Below are positions 1-7,181 of a stretch of DNA of 16,553 nucleotides, piece by piece. How positions within the stretch are numbered: position 1 is the first letter of the stretch; each line of letters opens with the position of its first letter. The stretch covers positions 1-16,553 of the forward strand of contig JAYWGM010000081.1 of the NCBI GenBank assembly GCA_043778225.1, read 5' to 3'. Source of the DNA: Deinococcales bacterium (lineage in GTDB: Bacteria; Deinococcota; Deinococci; Deinococcales; JAAFIG01). Under the pieces are notes generated by a model. It saw nothing but the letters and a program-made list of their open reading frames with translations. It was not told where the DNA came from and made no database searches. Position numbers and translations under genes: made by a program.

Positions 1-94
1 ACTTTGAGGGTTTACCGAGTACAACCGAATCTTGGGCTTATTTGGCGAATATTCAGTTGATTTTGAGACGTTTTGACACTTTATAAACACGCTC
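1..94 (+). mobile_element. Right end of an IS5-family (IS1031-like) insertion sequence: transposase C-terminus plus terminal inverted repeat
   Basis: Frame 3 reads FEGLPSTTESWAYLANIQLILRRFDTL* (stop 84-86), resembling the IS5/IS1031 transposase tail (DYERLP..SEA.IYLA.I.L.LRR). It is followed by TTTATAAACACGCTC (end reads GAGCGTGTTTATAAA on -) and TAA at 95-97, a TNA-type target. Confidence 0.75.
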
Positions 95-187
95 TAAGAA
101 AAAACTGTACGATGGGGTTTCTCGACTGGTTGCTCACGGGCTTGGGTTGCTTGCCTCGCCTAACCCTGTACAAGCATAAATAAAAAC

Positions 188-225
188 AGGGCGACCCCCG
201 TCGCTAGACGCTCCGTCGCCCCTAC
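188..225 (-). terminator. GTAG-type REP-like hairpin, probable terminator after sufD
   Basis: Minus strand reads GTAGGGGCGAC...GTCGCCCT then GTTTTTATTT, starting 10 nt after the sufD stop; stem arms at 189-195 and 215-221. Confidence 0.6.
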
Positions 226-235
226 GATTTATGAA

Positions 236-1630
236 TTATTTTTCGTCGGTTTCGATACGGTTAAAGCCTTTTGGCGCACCAACTTTATTGGCAATTACTT
301 CCTCGAGGTACTTGACCACATTTTTAAGCGGCACACGGTTCAGCACATCCTCGAGAAACGCCGTGACCAGCATTTTCTCAGCAATGGGTTTGGTAATCCC
401 TCTCGAGCGCAAATAGAACAGTTCTTGTTCATCCACTGGCGCGGTGGTGCTGCCGTGGCTACAACGCACATCGTTGGCGTTAATCTCGAGTTGCGGCACA
501 CTGTCCGAACGGGCTTCGTCGGAAAGCAATAATGTGCGGTTCTTCTGGTAGGCATCGGTTTTTTGTGCGTTTAATTCGACTTTGATTAGCCCCGAAAACA
601 CGCCCCTTGCTTGGTCTGCCAGTACACCCTTAAAGAGCAAATCCGAATGCGCCCGAGGCATAATGTGATGCTGCAAAGTCTGCTGGTCAAAGTGCTGGTC
701 TTTATCAGCAAAGTAAATTGCCAGCATTTCCGAACTCGAATTGGTTTGCAAAGCACTTTGCACCTCGGTTCTGGACAGGCTCGAACCCATTGTTACATAC
801 AAACTATTCAGTACCGCATCCGACTCGAGGTTTGACTTGATGCGCTGAATGTGGGTCACACCACGACCCCAGTTTTGAATTGCCACATAACGCAAATTTG
901 CACCTTTACCAAGGAAAAGTTCAACCACACCAAAATTAGCTGATTTGAGGTCTGGGCTGTCCTGCTCGTCAATATAAGTGACCTTGGCATTCTCCTCGAG
1001 AACCACGAGTGTGCGCGAAGCCACAAAAGCACCGTCCTGCTCGAGATAACGAAAACCACCAAGTGGCAAGTCAAGCTCGACATTTTTTGGCACATACAAG
1101 AAAAAACCGTTCTCCCAAAAAGCAGCGTTTAACGCCGTGAACTTATCTTCGTCCAAATGCGGAATATGTTCATACCGCTCGAGGGCAAGGGCGCTTGGGT
1201 CTGGGTACGCCGCGCCAACCACACTGTACAAATACTTCTGTACAAGGTCTGGGTGTTTCTCGAGGGCGGTTTTGAGGTCTGTAAAAATAACGCCCTTCGA
1301 CTCGAGTTCAGACGGCACATCCGAGTAAATAACAGAATTACCAGACAGCACAATGCGACCAGCCGCATCGGTGCTAGACAAACGCTCACGAATTTTTTCA
1401 GGTAGTGCCTCGAGACTGCTGATTGGGCTAACGGCATTGGCTGGAACGAAATTCTCGGGTTTGAAACGCCGCAGATTCGTGTACTTCCACGCTTCGACTG
1501 CTGTAGAAGGCACAGCGCGGTCAGTGTAAATCTCGAGGGCAGAAGCTCGAGCTTTGAGCAGCCATGCGGGTTCGGCACGGCTCGAGATGGCGGAAAGATT
1601 GAAGGGCGATAGGGTGGTTACTTGGGTCAT
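236..1630 (-). CDS. sufD: Fe-S cluster assembly protein SufD
   Basis: EAWKYTNL N-terminal motif; beta-helix with QKTDAYQKNRTLLLS, PQLEINANDVRCSHGST and LFYLRSRGI. Start placed at ATG 1630 behind an AGGAG RBS (ORF track extends to 1696). Confidence 0.93.
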   Translation of the reverse strand: MTQVTTLSPFNLSAISSRAEPAWLLKARASALEIYTDRAVPSTAVEAWKYTNLRRFKPENFVPANAVSPISSLEALPEKIRERLSSTDAAGRIVLSGNSVIYSDVPSELESKGVIFTDLKTALEKHPDLVQKYLYSVVGAAYPDPSALALERYEHIPHLDEDKFTALNAAFWENGFFLYVPKNVELDLPLGGFRYLEQDGAFVASRTLVVLEENAKVTYIDEQDSPDLKSANFGVVELFLGKGANLRYVAIQNWGRGVTHIQRIKSNLESDAVLNSLYVTMGSSLSRTEVQSALQTNSSSEMLAIYFADKDQHFDQQTLQHHIMPRAHSDLLFKGVLADQARGVFSGLIKVELNAQKTDAYQKNRTLLLSDEARSDSVPQLEINANDVRCSHGSTTAPVDEQELFYLRSRGITKPIAEKMLVTAFLEDVLNRVPLKNVVKYLEEVIANKVGAPKGFNRIETDEK

Positions 1631-1655
1631 GATTGATTTTCTCCTAAAAGTGTTA

Positions 1656-2204
1656 TTACAAGCATCGGTTTTCCGTTTTTCCATCAAAGTAAACATGTTT
1701 TGAAGACACAGCTATAGTTCGGTCATTTGGCGTAAAAAACCCATTTTCTCGTGACAATGAATGGTCACTAAGGCAAGCACCTGCAAATTGACCTGAAGTC
1801 ACATCGTAGACCTGCCATTCCAAAGATGGATTTACACGTCGCGTAATTTGCGAGGCAGGGAATAGATCGTTAGGACGAATCTTAGGGTATTGGATACTAA
1901 AACTCCATTCAGAATTTGGCTCTGTATCAGCTTTTGACAAATCGTAAAAGGTGACATACACGACTTCTCCCACTTCGGGAACATTATAGATTAGTATTCG
2001 AGCATTTTTTATTTTTACCTCTTGAAAAGGGAAATCCTTATATCCATTTGGAGATGAAATCAATCGAGACAATAATTCGTTGACCGAAAAATCCAGTCTA
2101 CTTGCATTGGGCAAATTACCAGAACGAGCATAATAATAACGAGGAGGTTGCATACAAGAAACAAAAAGACAAAGAAGGCATATCACAATTAATTTTTTGG
2201 ACAT
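1656..2204 (-). CDS. Hypothetical lipoprotein (cassette cargo)
   Basis: 182 aa; MSKK, a hydrophobic stretch and a lipobox-like FVSC; no recognisable domain. Confidence 0.65.
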   Translation of the reverse strand: MSKKLIVICLLCLFVSCMQPPRYYYARSGNLPNASRLDFSVNELLSRLISSPNGYKDFPFQEVKIKNARILIYNVPEVGEVVYVTFYDLSKADTEPNSEWSFSIQYPKIRPNDLFPASQITRRVNPSLEWQVYDVTSGQFAGACLSDHSLSRENGFFTPNDRTIAVSSKHVYFDGKTENRCL

Positions 2205-2227
2205 AAAGTTTTCCAGTTTTATCTCGC

Positions 2228-2286
2228 GTAGGATGGGCTTTGCCCATCAACTTATATCCGACTATCTTCTATTTCTTTCTCGAGCC
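2228..2286. repeat. GTAG-REP-containing leader, copy 1 (GTAG-GATGGGC-TTT-GCCCATC) ending in a truncated cassette repeat
   Basis: Perfect 7-bp stem after GTAG (2228-2248); about 59 bp homologous to 4124-4181. Confidence 0.8.
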
Positions 2287-2289
2287 AAA

Positions 2290-2547
2290 TCACCTTTCGT
2301 AAATTTTGCTTCTATGCCCAACAGCGATGAGCGTCACCACCCGTTCTACTTCATTGACATTAAAAATCAGTCTGTAATCACCAACTCGAGTCCGAAATGA
2401 TTGTCGGTCTGTTAATTTAAGTACACCTTGCTTGAATGGATTCTCGAGAATAAGCTCAACTTCTTTAACAACCCTCTTTTGGATTTCCTCAGGTAAATCT
2501 TCAAACTCTTTATTAAAATGCTTGGAAAGTTGTAAAGCAAACCTCAT
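2290..2547 (-). CDS. relE: RelE/ParE-family type II toxin
   Basis: 85 aa with KL...FRTRVGDYRLIF...VGHRSKIY motifs; ATGA overlap with the upstream gene. Confidence 0.9.
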   Translation of the reverse strand: MRFALQLSKHFNKEFEDLPEEIQKRVVKEVELILENPFKQGVLKLTDRQSFRTRVGDYRLIFNVNEVERVVTLIAVGHRSKIYER

Positions 2548-2726
2548 TTTAAGCCCACTCGAGCCTGAAGTTCTTCAAGTGTTGTCGGGATTACTTCGTC
2601 GTTAGCACGTTCAATAAGAATTTGTTTGTGCCATGTCTCCTCGAGCATTTGTTCGTACTCCTCGAGTGGCAGTAAAACAAAGGTATTTCCTGTCTCATCT
2701 GTAATTTGCTGATGGGCTGTAAGCAT
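2544..2726 (-). CDS. Antitoxin partner of RelE (acidic, Phd/YefM-like VLL.LEEYE segment)
   Basis: 60 aa, acidic, translationally coupled upstream of relE, AAGGAG RBS; paralogous to 4463-4708. Confidence 0.75.
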   Translation of the reverse strand: MLTAHQQITDETGNTFVLLPLEEYEQMLEETWHKQILIERANDEVIPTTLEELQARVGLK

Positions 2727-2753
2727 TTTTATACTCCTTTCTTCTATTCTTTT

Positions 2754-2773
2754 CTCGAGCCTTGGCTGCTTGC
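2754..2773. repeat. Cassette-boundary repeat CTCGAGCCTTGGCTGCTTGC
   Basis: Exact consensus copy touching the vapC stop codon (2773-2775). Confidence 0.9.
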
Positions 2774-3180
2774 TAGGTTCTTTCTATCCAATTCTCGAGT
2801 CTCAAACCCCGAATTCTTGCAAAATGCTTTGTATTATCTGTCACCAGTACCGCTTGTTCGTATAAAGCAGTTGCAGCAATTAACGTGTCGGCATCTTCAA
2901 TAAGTTTTCCTTGGGGTTTAAGTTGTTGATAAATTTCGGATGCAGTATCTAAAATTTCTATGTTCAACATAATAATTTCAGCTTTGCTTAGAAAGGCTTT
3001 GAACTTACTAAGTTTTTTCTGGTATTTAGGAAGCGTTAAGCCTCGAGTAATTTCATAATAATTGATTGCGCTGATTATGAAAACATGACCATCATCATGT
3101 AGGAATTCAAGGGTTTTCACAACAACTTCGTTATCCTCGATAATGGCAGAAATAATATTTGTGTCAGGCAAGTATTTCAT
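2773..3180 (-). CDS. vapC: VapC PIN-domain toxin
   Basis: 135 aa with YLPDTNIIS, YYEITRGL, DADTLIAATAL and LVTDNTKHF. Confidence 0.92.
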   Translation of the reverse strand: MKYLPDTNIISAIIEDNEVVVKTLEFLHDDGHVFIISAINYYEITRGLTLPKYQKKLSKFKAFLSKAEIIMLNIEILDTASEIYQQLKPQGKLIEDADTLIAATALYEQAVLVTDNTKHFARIRGLRLENWIERT

Positions 3181-3434
3181 TGATTAGCTGCCCGCCAAGG
3201 TTGGCGTTTTATGGCTTCTTTGAATTCGGCTAAATCTTCGGCTGGCATCGGTTCGGCGAGTTCACGTAGGATTTGTTTGAATTCGTCTTTTTCAGCTTGC
3301 GTTCTTTGCGCTCGAACATCTGGCAAATCTGGATATTTGAAAGCGGGGTCTGAATCAATAACTTTTTTTAGGCGCTCGAGGGTGACTTCGTTCATTTGGT
3401 CTAAGCGTTGTGTAATTTCTTCGCGCATGGTCAT
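3177..3434 (-). CDS. Putative VapB-role antitoxin
   Basis: 85 aa from ATG 3434 (GAGGTG RBS); ATGA overlap with vapC; shares PDVR..RT..E...LAEP with three paralogues. Confidence 0.8.
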   Translation of the reverse strand: MTMREEITQRLDQMNEVTLERLKKVIDSDPAFKYPDLPDVRAQRTQAEKDEFKQILRELAEPMPAEDLAEFKEAIKRQPWRAANQ

Positions 3435-3453
3435 GGTTTCACCTCTGGCTTGA

Positions 3454-3552
3454 TTATAGGGCTTTAGCTCGAGCTTTGAGCAGCCATGCGGGTTTGGCAC
3501 GGCTCGAGATGGCGGCGGGGTTGAACGGCGATTGGGTGGTTAATTGGGTCAT
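3454..3552 (-). pseudogene. sufD: Truncated duplicate of the sufD 5' end (32 codons)
   Basis: Reads MTQLTTQSPFNPAAISSRAKPAWLLKARAKAL*; 3466-3552 matches 1544-1630 at 79/87 nt by hand alignment. Confidence 0.9.
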
Positions 3553-3559
3553 AATTACC

Positions 3560-4072
3560 TCAGAGACTAAAAACATCTTCAATCACAATATTCTTGAATC
3601 GTTCATCGAGATTGAATTTGACGGCTCGTATAACATCTGTTGGAATTGAAAAATAGACAAATAAGCCTTTACTGGAATTTGAATAGAAAGAGACCGATTC
3701 ATCATTATTAAACGAATCTACTGCCCCAGAAATTTGGTATGCAACGAATTTTTTTGAATCTGATGTTTCTATTGACATATATTTTGGTGATAAAATAGCT
3801 GTCACATCTCCTGATAAACTTGTCCAAGAAATGTCACACAGAACTTTAGACTTATCTGTGGGGTTTCGCAAGCAACCAGAAAACTCTACTTTTAGTTTGT
3901 TGCCTCGAGTATCGACATAGGTGATTGACCGCTTCGATTTTTCAATAATTGTTGCGTTACTCGAAGTGTTTGTACTATTGGTCACACTAGGGGATGTTGT
4001 AATCGAGTTCTGATTAGGCATACATCCTGTGAATACCATAGCGCCAATTACAGATATGATAATTTTTTTCAT
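3560..4072 (-). CDS. Hypothetical lipoprotein (cassette cargo)
   Basis: 170 aa; MKK, hydrophobic stretch, lipobox FTGC, S/T/N-rich linker, then a beta-rich domain; GGGAG RBS. Confidence 0.75.
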   Translation of the reverse strand: MKKIIISVIGAMVFTGCMPNQNSITTSPSVTNSTNTSSNATIIEKSKRSITYVDTRGNKLKVEFSGCLRNPTDKSKVLCDISWTSLSGDVTAILSPKYMSIETSDSKKFVAYQISGAVDSFNNDESVSFYSNSSKGLFVYFSIPTDVIRAVKFNLDERFKNIVIEDVFSL

Positions 4073-4123
4073 ATTTTTCTCCCAACACTTTACTTGACTT
4101 CTTTTTCTTGAGTTTCATCTCAT

Positions 4124-4193
4124 GTAGGATGGGCTTTACCCATCGAATTATAGCCGACTATCTTCTACTCTATCTCGAGCCTTGGCTGCTTGC
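4124..4193. repeat. GTAG-REP-containing leader, copy 2, plus a full cassette repeat (4174-4193)
   Basis: GTAGGATGGGCTTTACCCATC at 4124-4144; TATAAT on the minus strand; repeat abuts the relE stop at 4194. Confidence 0.85.
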
Positions 4194-4466
4194 TTATTTA
4201 TAAATATCTTTGCGCCTACCAACTTTTCTTACTTCTAGCACTTGTTCATCTCTTATAAAAATAATTCTTAAATCTCCGACTGCTAAACGATATTGTCCCT
4301 TAAATTCGCCTTTCATTTGCTTTATATCACCCATTGCTTCGGCGCACAGTATCAGCAACGCAGCCCATAGTTGTTCTTGTTCTAAACGTTCTAGCTTCCC
4401 AAATTCTTTAGCAGCTTTCTTAACAAAACGCAGTGCGTATGGCACATCTCGAGGGTGAATACTCAT
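4194..4466 (-). CDS. relE: RelE/ParE-family type II toxin
   Basis: 90 aa with GDIKQMKG...YRLAVGDLRIIF...VGRRKDIYK. Confidence 0.88.
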   Translation of the reverse strand: MSIHPRDVPYALRFVKKAAKEFGKLERLEQEQLWAALLILCAEAMGDIKQMKGEFKGQYRLAVGDLRIIFIRDEQVLEVRKVGRRKDIYK

Positions 4467-4708
4467 GGTTCTATTGGGAAGTTCTTGGGTAGTTCAAGTT
4501 GAGCTTGCAATTCCTCGGCACTGATGGTTTCATTGTTCTGACTTTCAATTACAGCTAGGCGTAAATCAGTTATGGCATCCTCGGTTAATTCTTCGTCGTC
4601 ATGGTCGTAAATACCATTTTGCTTTTTGAAAACCTCGTACTCCTCGAGCGACAAAAGTACAAAAGTTTGACCCGCTTCGTTGGTTAATTTTTCGTGAGCT
4701 GCTATCAT
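4463..4708 (-). CDS. Antitoxin partner of RelE
   Basis: Acidic; MIAAHEKLTNEAGQTFVLLSLEEYE aligns with 2544-2726; alternative start at 4720; ATGA overlap with relE. Confidence 0.75.
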   Translation of the reverse strand: MIAAHEKLTNEAGQTFVLLSLEEYEVFKKQNGIYDHDDEELTEDAITDLRLAVIESQNNETISAEELQAQLELPKNFPIEP

Positions 4709-4762
4709 TAGTTTAACCATCCTTTTTTTGTTTAACTCGAGCTACCTACATTTTATTCTTTT

Positions 4763-4782
4763 CTCGAGCCTTGGCTGCTTGC
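4763..4782. repeat. Cassette-boundary repeat
   Basis: Exact CTCGAGCCTTGGCTGCTTGC, 7 nt from the vapC stop at 4790. Confidence 0.9.
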
Positions 4783-4789
4783 TTATGCT

Positions 4790-5200
4790 TCACATAACGC
4801 CATCTTCCCAGTTTTCAAATCGAATTCCTATTACTCGAGAAAAATGCTTTACATTTCTGGTTATCAGTACGGCTTTATGGCGAATGGCTGTGGCTGCAAT
4901 GAGTGTATCGGAAATCCCAATGTCGTTTCCTGTGCTGGTCAATTCAAAATGGATGCTCGAGGCGGTATCAGCCGCTTCTTTGTCGAACCATAAACAGGGG
5001 TAAGTGTTGGCAAATTGCTCAAGCCGAGCAAGTTTGAGGGCATATTCGGGTTTGAGTAATCCTCGTTTGGCTTCCCAGAAAACGATGGGACTAAGAGTGA
5101 TTCGGTGAAGTTCCTGTACGGCGCGATTCAACCGAGCTTTACAGGCTTGATTTTCATTAATTATTTGTGAAACAAAATTAGTATCTAAAGTGTAAAACAT
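4790..5200 (-). CDS. vapC: VapC PIN-domain toxin
   Basis: 136 aa with YTLDTNFVS, FWEAKRGL, SDTLIAATA and LITRNVKHF. Confidence 0.92.
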   Translation of the reverse strand: MFYTLDTNFVSQIINENQACKARLNRAVQELHRITLSPIVFWEAKRGLLKPEYALKLARLEQFANTYPCLWFDKEAADTASSIHFELTSTGNDIGISDTLIAATAIRHKAVLITRNVKHFSRVIGIRFENWEDGVM

Positions 5201-5440
5201 TTATTTCTCGTATAACCAAGGACGGTCTCGTTTTAAGCCTTCGTTATATTCGGTTAAATCAATTCCAAGTGGTTCTGCAAGTGCTTCGGTAGCATCTAGT
5301 AAGGCTTGGGTTTCTTCTGGTGTCCGATTTTCTCGAATATCAGGGTATTCATCGTTTGCCTGTTCAATTTGCTTGATAAATTCGGCGTACTCAATTGGGT
5401 TTAGATTTTTGACTTGATGGACAATTTCAGCGACTGACAT
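5201..5440 (-). CDS. Putative VapB-role antitoxin
   Basis: 79 aa from ATG 5440 (GGGGG RBS); stop directly abuts the vapC ATG; YPDIRENRTPEE...LAEP motif. Confidence 0.78.
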   Translation of the reverse strand: MSVAEIVHQVKNLNPIEYAEFIKQIEQANDEYPDIRENRTPEETQALLDATEALAEPLGIDLTEYNEGLKRDRPWLYEK

Positions 5441-5482
5441 AAAACCCCCTTTGCTTCTTTGATTGTAACGCTTTTTAATTTT

Positions 5483-5502
5483 CTCGAGCCTTGACTGTTT
5501 GC
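5483..5502. repeat. Cassette-boundary repeat (degenerate)
   Basis: CTCGAGCCTTGACTGTTTGC, 18/20 to consensus. Confidence 0.8.
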
Positions 5503-5511
5503 CAATGCCAA

Positions 5512-5550
5512 TCAATTCTTATAAACCTTGCTCCGATGCCTTACCGTGCT
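5512..5550 (-). pseudogene. C-terminal scar of a deleted RelE-type toxin
   Basis: Reads STVRHRSKVYKN* versus IAVGHRSKIYER* of the RelE at 2290; followed by a boundary repeat. Confidence 0.6.
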
Positions 5551-5964
5551 TTATTCACGGCTATCTTCGATCCAATTTTCGAGCCTGATGTTTGGTACTC
5601 GAGCAAAATGCTTGGTGTTATTCGTAATGACTACTGCTTGATGCCGAATGCCTGTAGCTGCAATTTTGACATCTTCTTTGTCGAGTTGTAAACCTTGTAT
5701 TTCTAAAGTGTGGTAAATATCGGCTGCATACTCGGCAGATAAAGCATCAAAAGGTAAAACCCTGAACTTATTTGTTAATTTTTTTAAGGCAGCTAATTTT
5801 TTGAAAAGTTGTGGTTTTAATAAACCTCGTTTGACTTCAAAGTACGAAACTGCGTTCATGGTGATGTCGTGACCCTCAAAGGCTTTGATATGAACAAACA
5901 TTTCAAGCGCATGATTTTCATTCACAATTCCAGAGATGGTATCTGCATCCAAAGTATAAAGCAC
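5551..5964 (-). CDS. vapC: VapC PIN-domain toxin
   Basis: GTG start at 5964 behind an AAGGA RBS; LYTLDADTIS, YFEVKRGL, EDVKIAATG and VITNNTKHF. Confidence 0.9.
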   Translation of the reverse strand: MLYTLDADTISGIVNENHALEMFVHIKAFEGHDITMNAVSYFEVKRGLLKPQLFKKLAALKKLTNKFRVLPFDALSAEYAADIYHTLEIQGLQLDKEDVKIAATGIRHQAVVITNNTKHFARVPNIRLENWIEDSRE

Positions 5965-5971
5965 ATTTTCC

Positions 5972-6187
5972 TTAACGCTGCATGGCTGCATTGAACAGAT
6001 TTTTTTCTTCTGTGGTCATTGGTGCGGCAAGTTCAGCCAATAACGTTTTGATTTCCTGCATTTCTTCTGGGCTGCGCTCAACTCGGACATCTGGATATTC
6101 GTATGACTCGAGAATTTTGTTCAACCATTCAATTCGCTCAGACGACATTGTTTCTATTTTTTGGTGTAGTTGTTCTTTGGTACTCAT
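5972..6187 (-). CDS. Putative VapB-role antitoxin
   Basis: 71 aa; YPDVRVERSPEE...LAAP; GAGGTG RBS; directly upstream of vapC. Confidence 0.8.
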   Translation of the reverse strand: MSTKEQLHQKIETMSSERIEWLNKILESYEYPDVRVERSPEEMQEIKTLLAELAAPMTTEEKNLFNAAMQR

Positions 6188-6224
6188 GATTTCACCTCTG
6201 GCTTTATTCTAGCGCTTTTACTAG

Positions 6225-6244
6225 CTCGAGCCTTGGCTGCTTAC
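6225..6244. repeat. Cassette-boundary repeat
   Basis: CTCGAGCCTTGGCTGCTTAC, 19/20 to consensus; abuts the stop at 6245. Confidence 0.88.
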
Positions 6245-6469
6245 TCATGCAAACTCGAGTTCGGCTGTTCTGCCCGCACTTGGGTCTTGTTCCACCAATG
6301 CCCGCACTAGCGTCTCGAGCCGCAATGCTACGCCCATACTATGCGCTCTGAGTTCTTCACCATCTGGTAAATGATGGATATGGGTTGGAACTCCTTTTAT
6401 TGTGACATGAACTCCTTCTCGAGTAGTAATTTTATAATCCATTTTAACTTCATTAAGAATTTGACTCAT
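6245..6469 (-). CDS. YgiT/MqsA-like (cysteine-less) putative antitoxin
   Basis: 74 aa from ATG 6469 (AAGGAG RBS); G.V.I.GVP...GEE...VA..LE.L pattern; downstream of a DUF4258-like gene. Confidence 0.65.
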   Translation of the reverse strand: MSQILNEVKMDYKITTREGVHVTIKGVPTHIHHLPDGEELRAHSMGVALRLETLVRALVEQDPSAGRTAELEFA

Positions 6470-6477
6470 TTCGCTCC

Positions 6478-6792
6478 TTAAATTGTATGAACTGTAATAA
6501 CTAAGAAGTTGTTGACCCAAGCCACTTTGGTACGAATCCAGCGCCCATCTGCAATTTTATACTCAAAATTAATTCCTGGAATGCGTTTGTTGGAATTTCG
6601 CGGTAAATCTTTACTTACGGGTGTACCTACTAAAATAGTCTCGAGAACAGCAACAAGTGGAATTTTTTCTTTATTGGCTTCTTCTTGGGCGTGTTCGCTA
6701 ATTTGAATTTCTTGGAAAATAAGGGCTTGGTGAATTGCGTCTAATTCTGATTGGAGTATTTCTGGTGTTGAAAAATTGAATGGGTTTCTCAT
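6478..6792 (-). CDS. DUF4258-like putative toxin
   Basis: 104 aa with ISEHAQEE...I....V.E.I..G and C-terminal LVITVH, typical of DUF4258. Confidence 0.75.
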   Translation of the reverse strand: MRNPFNFSTPEILQSELDAIHQALIFQEIQISEHAQEEANKEKIPLVAVLETILVGTPVSKDLPRNSNKRIPGINFEYKIADGRWIRTKVAWVNNFLVITVHTI

Positions 6793-6881
6793 AAATTATT
6801 ACTTACCAAAACCTTTGTGCGTACAACCTGATCTTTTTTGAGCATTGCACTGATGGTATTAGAATCGAGCAAGTAAATCAT
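6789..6881 (-). pseudogene. vapC: Truncated vapC (first ~25 codons only)
   Basis: MIYLLDSNTISAMLKKDQVVRTKVLVSNNL* carries the PIN N-terminal motif; ATGA-coupled to the upstream antitoxin. Confidence 0.8.
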
Positions 6882-7120
6882 TGAATCTCTCGGCTATGGG
6901 GGCGGCGTTCTAGGGCTTCAAGCAACGGATTAATATTTTCGTTTGGCTGAGTTGCCGTAAAAGCATCTAAACGCTGATTAAAAAGCGCTATTTCCTCTGG
7001 GGTTCGTTGCACTCGCACATGAGCAGCTTGACGATGTTGGGTCAGGAGCGTATTCAACCACTCGAGGTCAGCTTGGCTCATGGTGTCAATGGTTTGTTTT
7101 ACTTCTTCTCGAGTTATCAT
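6878..7120 (-). CDS. Putative VapB-role antitoxin (toxin partner truncated)
   Basis: 80 aa, paralogous to 5972-6187 (I.TMS....EWLN, VRV.R.PEE); same GAGGTGAAATC-ATG leader. Confidence 0.78.
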   Translation of the reverse strand: MITREEVKQTIDTMSQADLEWLNTLLTQHRQAAHVRVQRTPEEIALFNQRLDAFTATQPNENINPLLEALERRPHSREIQ

Positions 7121-7160
7121 GATTTCACCTCTAGCTTTATTGTAGCGTTTTTATGATTTT

Positions 7161-7180
7161 CTCAAGCCTTGGCTGCAAGC
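7161..7180. repeat. Cassette-boundary repeat (degenerate, CTCAAG core)
   Basis: CTCAAGCCTTGGCTGCAAGC, 17/20 to consensus; 1 nt from the stop at 7182. Confidence 0.8.
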
Positions 7181-7181
7181 T

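Noticed and set aside
1631..1696. N-terminal extension of SufD in the ORF track
   Set aside because: It overlaps the upstream lipoprotein; the AGGAG RBS and the duplicated fragment both point to ATG 1630.
3435..3500. ORF-track extension MPNPHGCSKLEL shared by ORFs 3177-3500 and 1129-1578
   Set aside because: An off-frame reading of the duplicated sufD sequence, not a real shared protein domain.
2754..7180. CRISPR array interpretation of the 20-bp repeats
   Set aside because: Spacing is about 0.6-1.4 kb and irregular, the intervals are whole genes, and no cas genes are present.
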